The notes beneath the pieces are model-generated. The model was not told the origin of the DNA. It did no database searches and worked only from the letters and a program-made list of their open reading frames with translations. A stretch of 64,000 nt of DNA, from contig CAVYSE010000011.1 in NCBI GenBank assembly GCA_963771075.1, positions 1-64,000 on the forward strand, in the 5' to 3' direction. Position 1 is the first letter of the stretch, and each line of letters begins with the position of its first letter. Source of the stretch: a candidate division FCPU426 bacterium. Lineage in GTDB: Bacteria > Oederibacteriota > Muellerivitia > Muellerivitales > Muellerivitaceae. Made by a program: the position numbers and the translations under genes. Below are positions 30,454-40,796 of this stretch, one piece after another.

Positions 30454-31002
30454 TTAAAGGTTCTTGTTTGTTTTTTTGAACGAAATATAAGTGGAGGGCG
30501 TAAATAAAACGGCCAGCCCCAGCGCCAGGAAGAGCAGGTCGCGAAAAACGGTCAGCCAGGTGATCTTTTCCGACGGGTCGGCCAGCCCGCACCCGCATCC
30601 GATGTCCAAGCCCCGCACGAAGGCCCAACTGATCGCGTCCGAATAGACCACCATCAATGCGCAAAAGATCACCGCTCCACCCCGCCATCCGATACCCAGC
30701 ATCAGGGCCGCTCCGGAAAAGAACTCGATCCAGGGAATGACCGCCGCCGCCAAAGGCACAAGCTGATTGGGGAGAAAATGGTAATCGTCCACTTCGGTGA
30801 TGAAATGGGAGGGGTCCAGGAGCTTGTCGCGGGTGGAATAAAAAAGGAGGAAGCCGCAGAAGATACGGAAAAAAGTCATCAAGGCCTTTTGGGAATCAAA
30901 TGGGGTTTTCGGCGGGAAGCGGTGGTTCCAAGCCCATAGGCCCAGTAAAACCAAACAAACAGCGCAAAGGCCAGGGTCGGTCATGATTTTATCGAAGATC
31001 AT
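30454..31002 (-). CDS. MauE/DoxX family membrane protein
   Basis: DKLLDP, PWIEF, RGLDIGCGC, FRDL; ATG overlaps the rhodanese stop codon. Confidence 0.85.
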   Translation of the reverse strand: MIFDKIMTDPGLCAVCLVLLGLWAWNHRFPPKTPFDSQKALMTFFRIFCGFLLFYSTRDKLLDPSHFITEVDDYHFLPNQLVPLAAAVIPWIEFFSGAALMLGIGWRGGAVIFCALMVVYSDAISWAFVRGLDIGCGCGLADPSEKITWLTVFRDLLFLALGLAVLFTPSTYISFKKTNKNL

Positions 31003-31631
31003 GGGGTCGCTCCCTTGGATTGGGGATACCCCTCCCGGCTCCATTCGGGCCATCCACCCTGATAAATCTCAACATGGGCGTAACCCTGTCCGATCAAGAA
31101 GTGTGCGACCTGAAGGGCCATGTCGCAGGTACCCCCGTGGCAATAGCAGACCAGGTCCTGCTGTTTGTCAGGCAGGAGTGGAAGCACCTGGGGGGCGAAT
31201 TGGTCGATTTCCTCGGAATAAAAATTATAGGCTCCGGCAATATGGCCCGCCTGGTATTCCTCGGGTTTGCGGGCATCCAAAAAGGCGGATTTCTTTTTAT
31301 CAAACTTGGCTTTAGCCCCGATTAGACTTAGCCGCGGGATAACATCATCGGGAGAAGCGGAGGAACCCTGGGCGGAAGGATATTTTTGAGCCGAGGGTCC
31401 ATTGGCGGTCTTTGCCTGGGTCGCTTTTTGGGCTAAATAATCCATGAGATAGATTTTCTTGGGGTTCTTGTACTTTAATTCGATGCCGTCGGGGAAAAAG
31501 GCGTTGAAAATCAAACCGAAGATGCAGGAAAAAATGAACAGGTTCCAGGCTTCTCCCAGGGTATGGCGCCAAAAACCGGGCTCAAAAAGGGCCGGGGATG
31601 GGGGGAATGGGTGGGTGCTTTTACGGGCCAT
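30999..31631 (-). CDS. Membrane-anchored rhodanese-like protein
   Basis: FLDAR, YQAGHIAGA, YCHGGTC, YQGGWPEW. Confidence 0.9.
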   Translation of the reverse strand: MARKSTHPFPPSPALFEPGFWRHTLGEAWNLFIFSCIFGLIFNAFFPDGIELKYKNPKKIYLMDYLAQKATQAKTANGPSAQKYPSAQGSSASPDDVIPRLSLIGAKAKFDKKKSAFLDARKPEEYQAGHIAGAYNFYSEEIDQFAPQVLPLLPDKQQDLVCYCHGGTCDMALQVAHFLIGQGYAHVEIYQGGWPEWSREGYPQSKGATP

Positions 31632-31773
31632 GGTCCCAAGATTATCGGTTTATTAAGGGGTGGGTTTCAAGCAATTGCTCCGTGGCATCCGAATCTTCTT
31701 ATTGGGCCGTTGGTCTTTTTGGTTAGAATAACCCGGCGAAAGGGTCCCATCGGACCCCGCTATTTTCCCTAAG

Positions 31774-32885
31774 GTGACCATGACCCCTCAATTCCAAATT
31801 TCACGGCAAAACATCTTTGTGGTGGCATTTTTTGTTTTGCTGATTTTCCTTTTAAGCCTGCTCTTTACGATCCTGGAACCTTTTCTGAGGGCCTTTGTCT
31901 GGGCCACCATCCTGGTGATGGTCTTTTACCCGGTGTTTTCGAAGTTGTTGAAATGGACGGGAAACCGGGTGAATCTCTCTTCCGTGCTTTCGACCTTGTT
32001 TGTCCTGGCGGTCCTTTCCCTGCCTGGATTTTTCGTGGTGCTGAATCTGGGGCATGAATTACCCAAAGCCTACACCTTTCTTTCTTCCACCCATTGGGAT
32101 GAGAAAAGCCAATGGCTCCTGAACGTCCTCAAAAGCTGGAACTTCGGACCCCTTTTGAACGCCCTGGGGCTGGACAATCCGCAGGCCGAGGCGGGGCTCC
32201 TGCGGGAGATGGCCAATTTGATGCAAAGCCTCTCGGACATGGTCTTGGACAAGGTGACTTATGTATTAAGGAACCTGGCGGGGTTCCTGTTGGAGATCAT
32301 TTTCACCACAGTGGCTCTGTTTTTCTTTTTCCGGGATGGTTCCCGGCTGGCCTTGAAGGCCATTGAGTTTCTGCCCATGGAGGCAGTTACCGGGACAAGA
32401 TGGTGCATGTTTTTTCCGTAACGGTCACGGCGGTGGTACGGGCGATCTTCCTGACGGCCCTCCTTCAGGGAGTCCTGGCCGGGTTGGGTTTTGTCGTGGT
32501 GGGGATGCCCCTTCCCATTCTTTTGGGCTTGGTGGCCTTCATCAACGCCTTTATTCCCTTCCTGGGGGCGGCTTCCGTCTGGATTCCATCCAGCCTATGG
32601 CTCCTGTACCAGGGGCAGGTGGGTCCGGGAATCGGACTGATCTTTTGGGGGATTTTTTTGACGGTACTCGACCAAATCCTGCGTCCTTGGTTGATCGGCA
32701 ACGAGGCGAAGATTTCAGCCTTTTGGCTTTTTTTCACCACCATCGGCGGGCTTAAGGTTTACGGCCTACTGGGCATCTTCCTGGGACCCATTATCCTGGC
32801 GCTGGGGCTGGCCTTTTTGGCCATCTACCGGGAAGTTTATCTGCCTCAGGAGAAACCGGCCAGAAAAGGCAGGATTTCCGGCTGA
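31774..32885 (+). CDS. AI-2E family transporter (frameshift near 32390)
   Basis: FFFFRDG, IPFLG, DQILRP, GGLKVYGLLGIFLGP split over two frames. Confidence 0.88.
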
Positions 32886-33007
32886 GGGTCCACTTGTATT
32901 TTGGTTTCCCCCACCCAAACAATAAGCCCATGTCATCGTCGCCACCCCCTGTGGCCGGGTGGAAATTCAACCTTGAACAGTTTTTTGGAAATTTGGGAGG
33001 CTGAATC

Positions 33008-34177
33008 ATGCGGTACCGCGTTTTGGGTAATACCGGGCTTCAAGTGAGTGAGATTGGGTTTGGCGCATGGGCCATCGGTGGTTCCATGTGGGGGCCCCAG
33101 GATGACACCGAATCCAAATTGGCGCTCCATCAAGCCCTGGACCAGGGTTATCAATTCATTGATACCGCCCTTGTGTATGGGGACGGGCATAGCGAGAAGC
33201 TGATCGCCTCCGTTCTCAAGGAACGGTCCGAGAAGCCGGTGATTGCCTCCAAAATTCCCCCCAAGAACTGGCAATGGGACGTCAAACCCGGCACGCCCCT
33301 GGAGGAAGCCTTTCCCGCCGACTGGGTGACGGCCAAAACCGAGGAATCCCTACGGAACCTGGGCGTGGACTGCCTGCAGGTTCAGCAGCTCCACACCTGG
33401 AGCGCCGAATGGAATACCCAGTGCGAGCCTCTTCTTTCCGCGGTGGCAAAACTGAAAAAAGAGGGAAAGATCCGGGCCTTCGGACTGTCCCTTCGCGACA
33501 AGGGAAGCGATGAGGCTAACGACCTAATCCGCTGGCGGCAGGTGGATACCCTCCAGATATTTTTCAATTTGTTCTATCAGGAACCGATCCAGAGGGTTTT
33601 CCCGTTAGCGGGGCAATATGGGGTTGGCATTATCGCCCGGGTCCCACTGGCTTTCGGGGCCTTGAGCGGCAAATTCAACCCGAAAACGCATTTTGAGGGG
33701 GATGATCACCGCGCCCGGCTTTACCAAGGGGAGAACCTGAAGGTCACTTTAAAGAAGGTGGAGAAGTTGAAATTCCTAAAAAGCAGGTCCATGAGCCTGG
33801 GGGAAGCCGCCCTCAAATGGACATTGGCCTATCCCCAGGTTTCGACCGCCATTCCCGGTATCCGCAATCCCCGTCAGGCGGTCATGAACGCCTCGGCTGG
33901 CGAAGGACCGAAGCTTTCCCCTTCCCAGGTTGCCCAAGCCCGAAAGCTCTATGCCGTCAACTTCGGGCTGCCGGTTGTCCAGGCCCGAACGGACGCGGGG
34001 GTCCACGCGGTTCTGATGTCGGGAATCAAGATCATCCCGGGAAAATCGAAGAAATCAAAACCGGAAACCAAGAAAAAGTCTATTTCCCGGAAAGTTGCCA
34101 AAAAGAAAATCTTAAAGAGGCGGGCCAAGGGAAAAACCATTCGCAAAAATCATAAGCGTCAAAAGGGCAAAAAATGA
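33008..34177 (+). CDS. Aldo/keto reductase with Lys-rich C-terminal tail
   Basis: RVLGNTGLQVSEIGFG, FIDTALVYGDGHSE, IARVPLA, IPGIR. Confidence 0.92.
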   Translation: MRYRVLGNTGLQVSEIGFGAWAIGGSMWGPQDDTESKLALHQALDQGYQFIDTALVYGDGHSEKLIASVLKERSEKPVIASKIPPKNWQWDVKPGTPLEEAFPADWVTAKTEESLRNLGVDCLQVQQLHTWSAEWNTQCEPLLSAVAKLKKEGKIRAFGLSLRDKGSDEANDLIRWRQVDTLQIFFNLFYQEPIQRVFPLAGQYGVGIIARVPLAFGALSGKFNPKTHFEGDDHRARLYQGENLKVTLKKVEKLKFLKSRSMSLGEAALKWTLAYPQVSTAIPGIRNPRQAVMNASAGEGPKLSPSQVAQARKLYAVNFGLPVVQARTDAGVHAVLMSGIKIIPGKSKKSKPETKKKSISRKVAKKKILKRRAKGKTIRKNHKRQKGKK

Positions 34178-34737
34178 TCAAACCGTGGAAATTCTTGAGT
34201 GAGACGGTGGATTACGACTGCGGCTATTTCAAGGTCTTGGTCAGGGTTTGCGCTTCCCCTTTTACGGGAGCCAGATATCCCTTTTATGTTTTGGCGACCC
34301 ATTCCTGGACCAATATCGTCGCCCTCACGCAGGAGGGAAAAGTACTGATGGTCAACCAGTTCCGCCATGGGACGAAGGAAATGAGCCTGGAAGTGCCGGG
34401 CGGGGCGGTGGATGAGAAGGACTCGGATCCTTTGGAGGCGGCCAAAAGGGAGTTGAAGGAGGAAACGGGGCATGAGGCCGACGAGTGGCATTTGATCGGG
34501 GCCACCCATCCTAATCCGGCCATCCTGGATAACACTTGTTACCTTTACCTGGCCCTGGGAGCCCGAAGGGTGGCCGATCTGAGCTTGGACGATGCGGAAG
34601 AACTGGAGGTCCGGGCGTACGACTTGGCCGAAATTCCCAGCTTGATCCGGACCGGGAAGATAAGGCATGCCTTGGTCATCGCGGCCTTCCATTATTTGGA
34701 GCTATTCCGAAGGGAAAACCCAGGGAAAATTGCATAG
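34174..34737 (+). CDS. NUDIX hydrolase (ADP-ribose pyrophosphatase-like)
   Basis: Nudix box EVPGG...AAKRELKEETG; QFRH. Confidence 0.92.
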   Translation: MIKPWKFLSETVDYDCGYFKVLVRVCASPFTGARYPFYVLATHSWTNIVALTQEGKVLMVNQFRHGTKEMSLEVPGGAVDEKDSDPLEAAKRELKEETGHEADEWHLIGATHPNPAILDNTCYLYLALGARRVADLSLDDAEELEVRAYDLAEIPSLIRTGKIRHALVIAAFHYLELFRRENPGKIA

Positions 34738-34800
34738 CGGGAACAACAGTTACACAATTTGGGAAATCACGCCGGTGAATGAAAATATGGGTTGAACCCC

Positions 34801-34829
34801 TTGCGTCCATTTTCATTCAAGAGTAATTT
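34801..34829 (+). promoter_or_regulatory. Putative sigma70 promoter of the NYN gene
   Basis: TTGCGT-N17-TAATTT. Confidence 0.45.
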
Positions 34830-34879
34830 AAGAAACCCCGGTCATCCGGGGACCGATTGAAAATTAAGGAGCACGTCTT

Positions 34880-35479
34880 ATGTCTCGTGTATGCGTCTTT
34901 ATCGATGGAAGCAATCTCTATTTCGCGCTCAAACGCAATAATAAAATGACTCGGGTGGATTACTACCGATTCTCCCTAGCTTTGGCGGGCGAGAAACGAA
35001 AATTGATGCGGACCTTTTACTACAACGCTGTATTCGACTCAACCCATTTTTCCGACAAGGCCAAGAGCCAGCAATCCTTTTTCGACTCGCTGGACCGCAC
35101 CCCCTATTTGGAATTGCGCCTGGGCCGCATCATCCAAAACCGGGAGGGGCACCGGATGGAAAAGGGCGTGGATGTCCGCATGGCCGCCGACATGGTTTTT
35201 TACGCCGCGCGCGACCTTTACGATACCGCCATCGTGGTGACCGAGGACCAGGACTTTTCCCCCGCCATGGGATTGGTGAAGGAACTTGGAAAACACGTGG
35301 AACTGGCCGTGTTTCCTGACGCCCAAAGCCGGGAAATGATCCGCACCGCCGATAAGCTGTTGAACCTGGAGGAGTTGGTGAATTCCCACGCCAACCTGAT
35401 TTTCCCGCCCGCGCAGGGCGGTGAAGAGAGAAGCCCGGGGAACGGCAGCGGGGATGAGGAACTCGCTTACGGGGTTTAA
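34880..35479 (+). CDS. NYN domain (LabA/DUF88) protein
   Basis: VFIDGSN, EKGVDVRMAADM, TEDQDFSP. Confidence 0.92.
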   Translation: MSRVCVFIDGSNLYFALKRNNKMTRVDYYRFSLALAGEKRKLMRTFYYNAVFDSTHFSDKAKSQQSFFDSLDRTPYLELRLGRIIQNREGHRMEKGVDVRMAADMVFYAARDLYDTAIVVTEDQDFSPAMGLVKELGKHVELAVFPDAQSREMIRTADKLLNLEELVNSHANLIFPPAQGGEERSPGNGSGDEELAYGV

Positions 35480-35498
35480 TCCTTCCTGTTGATATATG

Positions 35499-35536
35499 AA
35501 AAGCCCCTCTCCCAACCCGGGAAGGGGCTTTTTTTA
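35499..35536. terminator. Terminator between convergent genes
   Basis: AAAAGCCCCT...AGGGGCTTTTTTT. Confidence 0.75.
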
Positions 35537-35552
35537 TTTCCGAAGGGTTCGT

Positions 35553-36016
35553 TCAGGGAATAAACGAGAGGGATGGGTCGCGGTAAAAGAAAAATAAACT
35601 GGGATCACCGCCTTTTGACCCGCGGAGTTTTGTCCTTAAATGTTCCGCCCGATCCAAGAAACGGCGGTCGGAATCAACCATCCTCTCGGGCGGAATGACC
35701 TGGATCCAATCGATATCGTCCTCCCACAGGCCTCCCGGCGAAACCCCGGGTAGAGCGATTGTTTTTTCAGGAAGTCGAAAAATTCGGAAAGGGTGGCGAA
35801 CCCTTTCAGCGAAATCCTCAAGAAGAGGCCGTTCGGCCATAAAACGAAATCCCTCATGTTGTAAAGGTCGAGCATTTGGCCCTTCAGAAGCGTTTGGACC
35901 AACCGGTGGGATTGATAAAGATCCTGGAAATGGTCCGAAGAATCCCGAACCCGCAGTGAAATTTCATAGACCATTCCCCGCATCGGGAGAAGAGGAATAG
36001 GGGGAGTGTGGTTCAT
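35553..36016 (-). CDS. Degenerate IS200/REP-associated tyrosine transposase (RAYT)-like protein lacking HUH; frameshift near 35745
   Basis: GMVYEISLR, FVLWPNGLFLRI (cf. VxMPxHxH), LSEFFDFLKKQS, then LWEDD in the adjacent frame. Confidence 0.55.
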
Positions 36017-36145
36017 ATACCGCCGTTCGTGAAAGGGGCAAATCGAGACTCCTTCAGGACGGAAAATTAAGGAAACCGCAGACTCTATTCAGGGAATCAC
36101 CCGGGTCGGTTCCAATAAGGCCGAAAGCCCGAACGAACGGGCCCC

Positions 36146-36763
36146 TTAGCGCGGACTGAAGACTCCGACCACCTTGCCGATCACCCGGAAATCCTGATCC
36201 TCGGTCACGACAATAGGTTCGTATTTGGGGTTCGCCGGCTCCAGCACCACCCGGTTTCCGGTTTTGCGGAAGGTCTTCACCGTGGCCTCGCCTTCGATGA
36301 GGGCGACCACAATTTCCCCCGGCGAGGCGTGGGCCGTTTGTTGTACGATCACCTTGTCGCCGTGCAGAATGTGGGCGTTCAACATCGAATCGCCCCGCAC
36401 CGTCAAGGCGAACAGATGCCGCCCGCCCCGGGCCATGTGGGGGTCCACCACCATGGTGCCCTCCCGATTCTCCTCGGCTAATAGGGGGAGACCCGCGGCG
36501 ACCTTCCCCAGGATAGGGATGGAAATTCCGGTTGCAGGCTCATCCGTCAGGCGCAAGCCCCTCGCCGTGTGTTCTTCCCGCTTCAGGTAACCCTTTTCTT
36601 CAAGCGCGAGCAGGTGCTTGCGGGCGGATTGGGGAGAGCTCCATTTGAAGTGGCGCATGATGTCCCGGACGGTGGGAGGGCGGTGGCTTTCATTGAGATG
36701 TTGCTGCACGTAGTTCAGCACGTTGCGCTGGATGTCGGTCAAGGCTTCGTCATGGGGCGCCAT
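36146..36763 (-). CDS. lexA: SOS repressor LexA
   Basis: PPTVRDI, LEEKGY, GKVAAGLP cleavage site, GDSM, ATVK. Confidence 0.97.
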   Translation of the reverse strand: MAPHDEALTDIQRNVLNYVQQHLNESHRPPTVRDIMRHFKWSSPQSARKHLLALEEKGYLKREEHTARGLRLTDEPATGISIPILGKVAAGLPLLAEENREGTMVVDPHMARGGRHLFALTVRGDSMLNAHILHGDKVIVQQTAHASPGEIVVALIEGEATVKTFRKTGNRVVLEPANPKYEPIVVTEDQDFRVIGKVVGVFSPR

Positions 36764-36799
36764 TTTTTCTCCTTGGTTTTGAAAGGGGTTGTTTTTTAG

Positions 36800-36833
36800 G
36801 AATACCCTTGTATACTAGTATACAGCTGTATTC
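36800..36833. promoter_or_regulatory. Two tandem palindromic boxes, candidate LexA operators
   Basis: GAATAC-cctt-GTATAC and GTATAC-agct-GTATTC in the lexA/radC divergent intergenic region. Confidence 0.65.
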
Positions 36834-36948
36834 TTAGTCAAGCAAAAAAGGAGGCCCTATGGCAACCGCCGCACCGCAGCCCCAAAGGTACAAAACCACA
36901 GGGAAGCCTGCTTTCCCTCCTGGTTCCGTCTCGTCCCGCCCCTTCGCT

Positions 36949-37665
36949 AGTGGAGCGGGAGGCTAATCCATCCGAGGCCGAGAAATCGGTCCGCCCGATT
37001 ACCTGGGCCATCGAAAGAGGCTGAAGGAACGCTACGCCGAGTCCGGGTTGAAGGGCCTGCGCGATTACGAACTGGTGGAACTGCTCCTAAGCTATTCCAT
37101 CCCCCACCGGGACACCAAACCCTACGCCAAACGGCTCTTGGCGGTATTTAAAAACCTGCGCAGCGTGCTGGAAGCGGACCTGAAAAGCCTGGAAAAACTG
37201 GGCGGGTTACCCACCCAAAGCGCGCTCCATTTCAAGGCCATGGGCGACCTGTTCCGGCTTTCTTCCCGGGAACAATTCAAGCGCGGCCGGGCCCTTTCCG
37301 GCCCCGGCGACGCCGCGGATTTTTTCCGCGAACAGATCGGCAATCGTCCCCGTGAAGTATTTGCGGTTCTGTTCGTCGATCACCGCAACCATTTGATTTC
37401 CTACGAGCCGCTGCAGGAAGGCACGGTGGACCATACGGCGGTTTATCCCCGCGAAATCCTCAGGAAGGCCCTGGACCTGAACGCCTCGGGGCTTTTACTC
37501 GCCCATAACCATCCCGGGGGAAGTTTGGAAGCGTCCGAGGGGGACCGCCAGTTAACCCGGCAGATCGTGACGGCTTCCCGGGCCATGGGCATCACGGTGC
37601 ACGACCATTTGATCGTGACGGCGGAAGGTCATTTTTCCTTCCGGCAGGCGGGGTTGTTGGCCTGA
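36949..37665 (+). CDS. radC: RadC/JAB domain protein (5' end uncertain, probable indel before ~36990)
   Basis: YLGHRKRLKERY, DYELVELLL, GTVDHTAVYPRE, HNHPGG, SEGD, HDHLI. Confidence 0.92.
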
Positions 37666-37695
37666 AAAAAAGATTCAAGCCATAGGGAGAAAAAA

Positions 37696-38049
37696 ATGAT
37701 AGAACCCCAAAACGCCTTGAGCGATATCCTGGGCCTGACCGGAATATTCCGCCTGGAGAAAGGATGCTGGCCCCTGCATGCGGCACAGCTGCAGGGCTTC
37801 GCCCTGGGATTCAACCGTTCGCTGGATTTTAGGTCTTTCCAGAAGTTCCGTTTTGAACCGAAAGGGACCGGGGAGTTGGTCGTTGAAATTTTAATAACAA
37901 CACCCGGCTCCGAATGGTCCAGGCGGTGCCAAGCACGAATCCTTTTGATGAATGATAACCGGTCCTCGAAAGATACCCTGCTTCACGCGATCACGCTTCA
38001 AGCCCTTCCTTCCCAGAAGGTGGAACCCAAAAGTTATTGCCTGATTTGA
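37696..38049 (+). CDS. Hypothetical protein downstream of radC
   Basis: 117 aa ORF with GGGAG RBS, 30 bp after radC. Confidence 0.55.
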   Translation: MIEPQNALSDILGLTGIFRLEKGCWPLHAAQLQGFALGFNRSLDFRSFQKFRFEPKGTGELVVEILITTPGSEWSRRCQARILLMNDNRSSKDTLLHAITLQALPSQKVEPKSYCLI

Positions 38050-38146
38050 GATTCAGCCTATTGAAGGACTCCGCCCGCGGGAAAACGGAATAAAAAAAGG
38101 GAACGCCTTGAGCGGTCCCTTTGGGGTTTGGTTTGAAAGACTCGGC

Positions 38147-38950
38147 TTACTTCGCCGGGCCTTCCTCTTTCTTCTCGTCGAATCGCATGCCGATGATGTT
38201 GGCGCCCGCGTCCACGTAGAGGATGTCGCCGGTGACGCCCGAGGCCCAATCGCTGGCCAAGTAAAGGGCGGTCTTGCCTACTTCCTCCTGGCTGACGTTG
38301 CGTTTCAAGGGGGTCATCCCCTCGGAGGTCTTCAGCATGGTTTTGAATCCTCCCACGCCGGAGGCGGCGAGTGTCTTGATGGCGCCCGCGGAGATGGCGT
38401 TCACTCGGATTCCCTTGGGGCCCAAATCGGCGGCCAGGTATCGCACGGTGGCTTCCAGGGCGGCCTTGGCCACGCCCATCACGTTGTAATTGGGGATCAC
38501 CTTCTGGGAACCGTAATAGGTCAAGGTGATGATGCTGGCGTTGGGGTTCAAAAGCGCGATAGCCGGGCGGGTTACGGCGATGAGACTGTAAGCCGACACG
38601 TCCAGGGCCAATTGAAACCCGGCGCGGGAAGTGGTGGAAAAGGGGTTCGCCAGTTCTTCCTTATTCGCGAAGGCGATGCAATGCACCAAAATATCGAATT
38701 TTCCCCAGGTCCTTTCCACTTCTTTGTAGAAAAGCTCGATCTGGTCGTCTTTCGAGACGTCGCAAGGGAAAACCAGCTTGGCGTTAACGGACTCCGCCAG
38801 TGGCCGTACGCGTTTTTCCAGGGCTTCCCCGAGAAAATTAAAGCCCAGCTCGGCTCCTTCCTCGTGGAAGGCCTGGGCGATACCCCAGGCGATGGACCGG
38901 TCGTTGGCCACCCCGAAGATTAAAGCTTTCTTACCGCTTAACAAACCCAT
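38147..38950 (-). CDS. fabI: Enoyl-ACP reductase
   Basis: GVANDRSIAWGIA, DVSAYS, YNVMGVAKAALE. Confidence 0.97.
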   Translation of the reverse strand: MGLLSGKKALIFGVANDRSIAWGIAQAFHEEGAELGFNFLGEALEKRVRPLAESVNAKLVFPCDVSKDDQIELFYKEVERTWGKFDILVHCIAFANKEELANPFSTTSRAGFQLALDVSAYSLIAVTRPAIALLNPNASIITLTYYGSQKVIPNYNVMGVAKAALEATVRYLAADLGPKGIRVNAISAGAIKTLAASGVGGFKTMLKTSEGMTPLKRNVSQEEVGKTALYLASDWASGVTGDILYVDAGANIIGMRFDEKKEEGPAK

Positions 38951-39162
38951 GGCTCAATCCTTTTCGTCATGTTGGATTCTGTAGTAATGAATGGGAATCT
39001 CCCCTTTTTAGAGCCCCATAAGTTAGCCTTTTTCCTTGGGAGTTTAAAGACCAAAAAAATACGGTATGGGCTCCCATCCGTCCGAAAACCCCTAAAAGCC
39101 TTCTGGAGATTGGGTCTCAGGGGGGGTTACCATGGGCTACCAAGCTGGAAAAGGAAGGCGGC

Positions 39163-39468
39163 ATGATTCGACATATCGTTCTCTGGAAACTGAAGGACAA
39201 CGCCCGGGGATTCTCGCGCGGCGAGATCGCGGTAGAGTTGAAGCGACGGTTGGAGGGGTTAAAGGAATTGATCCCGGACCTGGTGGAGCTGAAGGTGGGT
39301 TTCGAATTCCGCTCTCCCGCTCCTTCCTATGAAGTTTGCCTGAACACTCTTTTCAAGAACGAGCAGGGCCTGGCGAATTACCAGGGTCACCCGGAACACG
39401 TGAAAGTGGCGGACTTCGTGAGGGAGGTCACGTCCGACCGCGCGGCGGTGGATTACCAGACCGACTAA
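39163..39468 (+). CDS. Dabb family (stress-responsive A/B barrel) protein
   Basis: MIRHIVLWK, YQGHPEH, AAVDY. Confidence 0.92.
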   Translation: MIRHIVLWKLKDNARGFSRGEIAVELKRRLEGLKELIPDLVELKVGFEFRSPAPSYEVCLNTLFKNEQGLANYQGHPEHVKVADFVREVTSDRAAVDYQTD

Positions 39469-39472
39469 AGAG

Positions 39473-39640
39473 TTTTACCCGCGAAGCCGCGAAGAAAAAC
39501 TTTATTCGATGTGGCCCTTGAATTAAAACCAATCGGCCGACAATTCTATGGCGTCAAGAAATATTTCAACACCGACGAAGTAGAAACGATGGATGAAACC
39601 CGGATTTCATTTTTAGTTTTTCAGCTTTTCTTCGCGGTAA
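39473..39640. repeat. Periodic-arm inverted repeat
   Basis: TTTTACCCGCGAAGCCGCGAAGAAAA ... TTTTCTTCGCGGTAA. Confidence 0.7.
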
Positions 39641-39660
39641 TAAAGGAGAACTAGGCTCCC

Positions 39661-40512
39661 ATGAAAAAGAAAAAAAGCTCAACCACCCCGGCGGTGTCCG
39701 CCAAAAACAAAAATAAATCCCCGCTTCGAATCGCCACCTTCAACGCCAACTCTATCCGGGTTCGCATGCAAATCCTCCTGAACTGGCTTGAGAAAAACCA
39801 GCCGGATGTTTTGGCGGTTCAGGAAATCAAGGTGAGGGACGAGGAGTTTCCCCGGGAACCTATCGAGGAAGCCGGGTGGCAGGTGGTTTTCAACGGGCAA
39901 AAAAGTTACAACGGCGTCGCGTTCATCTCCAAAAAGCCCATCACGAACATCGAGAAGCGCCTTTATCCCAAGGAAGCGGAGGAACAAGCCCGTTTTCTCA
40001 CGGGCGATTACGAGGGCGTCCGGTTGGTCAACACCTACATTCCCCAGGGCCATTCCATCGACTCGGAAAAATACCAGTACAAACTGAAGTTCATGAAAGA
40101 CCTCCGGACGTACTTTGAAAAAAATGTCGGGCCCGGCACCCCCGCCCTTTGGATGGGCGACCTGAACGTGGCGCCCACGGAAATCGACCTGAATAATCCC
40201 AAGGGCAACCTGAACCACCCCTGCTTCCACATCGACGCCCGCAAGGCCTTGGTGGAAATCATGGGGACGAAATGGAAGGATCTTTTTCGAGAGAAGGTCA
40301 AGGAGGGAGGCCACTACACTTTTTGGGATATGCGCCAACCCGGGGCTTTCGAAAGGAACCTGGGCTGGAGAATTGACTTCATCATGGGTACGGACCCGAT
40401 GGCGGATCGGTTGGAAAAGATTTGGATCGATACTAAACCAAGGGGGTTGGAAAAACCCTCCGACCATACCTTTTTAGTGGGTGATTTCTCCGCCCCAAGG
40501 CGGCCCAGCTAA
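39661..40512 (+). CDS. xth: Exodeoxyribonuclease III
   Basis: ATFNANSIR, QEIK, YNGVA, GDLNVAP, GWRID, PSDH. Confidence 0.96.
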   Translation: MKKKKSSTTPAVSAKNKNKSPLRIATFNANSIRVRMQILLNWLEKNQPDVLAVQEIKVRDEEFPREPIEEAGWQVVFNGQKSYNGVAFISKKPITNIEKRLYPKEAEEQARFLTGDYEGVRLVNTYIPQGHSIDSEKYQYKLKFMKDLRTYFEKNVGPGTPALWMGDLNVAPTEIDLNNPKGNLNHPCFHIDARKALVEIMGTKWKDLFREKVKEGGHYTFWDMRQPGAFERNLGWRIDFIMGTDPMADRLEKIWIDTKPRGLEKPSDHTFLVGDFSAPRRPS

Positions 40513-40796
40513 AATCATTCCGCTTGGGAGAAGTGAAAGCTAAGGGGTTCTAAGAACTATCAAGAGAACTTAATTTTCAAGACTTCGGGACTTAATCTTA
40601 TTTTGGTACGCCTATTGCATGATTTATGTTCTGAAAAATGGGTTAAGAGCGGGGTTTCCAGGGGGCAATCGAATTCGGGACTGGTTAAAAACGACGATGG
40701 GGAGCGAATCCCCAACCCTGCCCAGCCTGATAGGGTAAAGCCCAAGCGGTGGTGTAAGTTACGGAACCGTTTACCAAACAATTAGTTGAACGTTAA

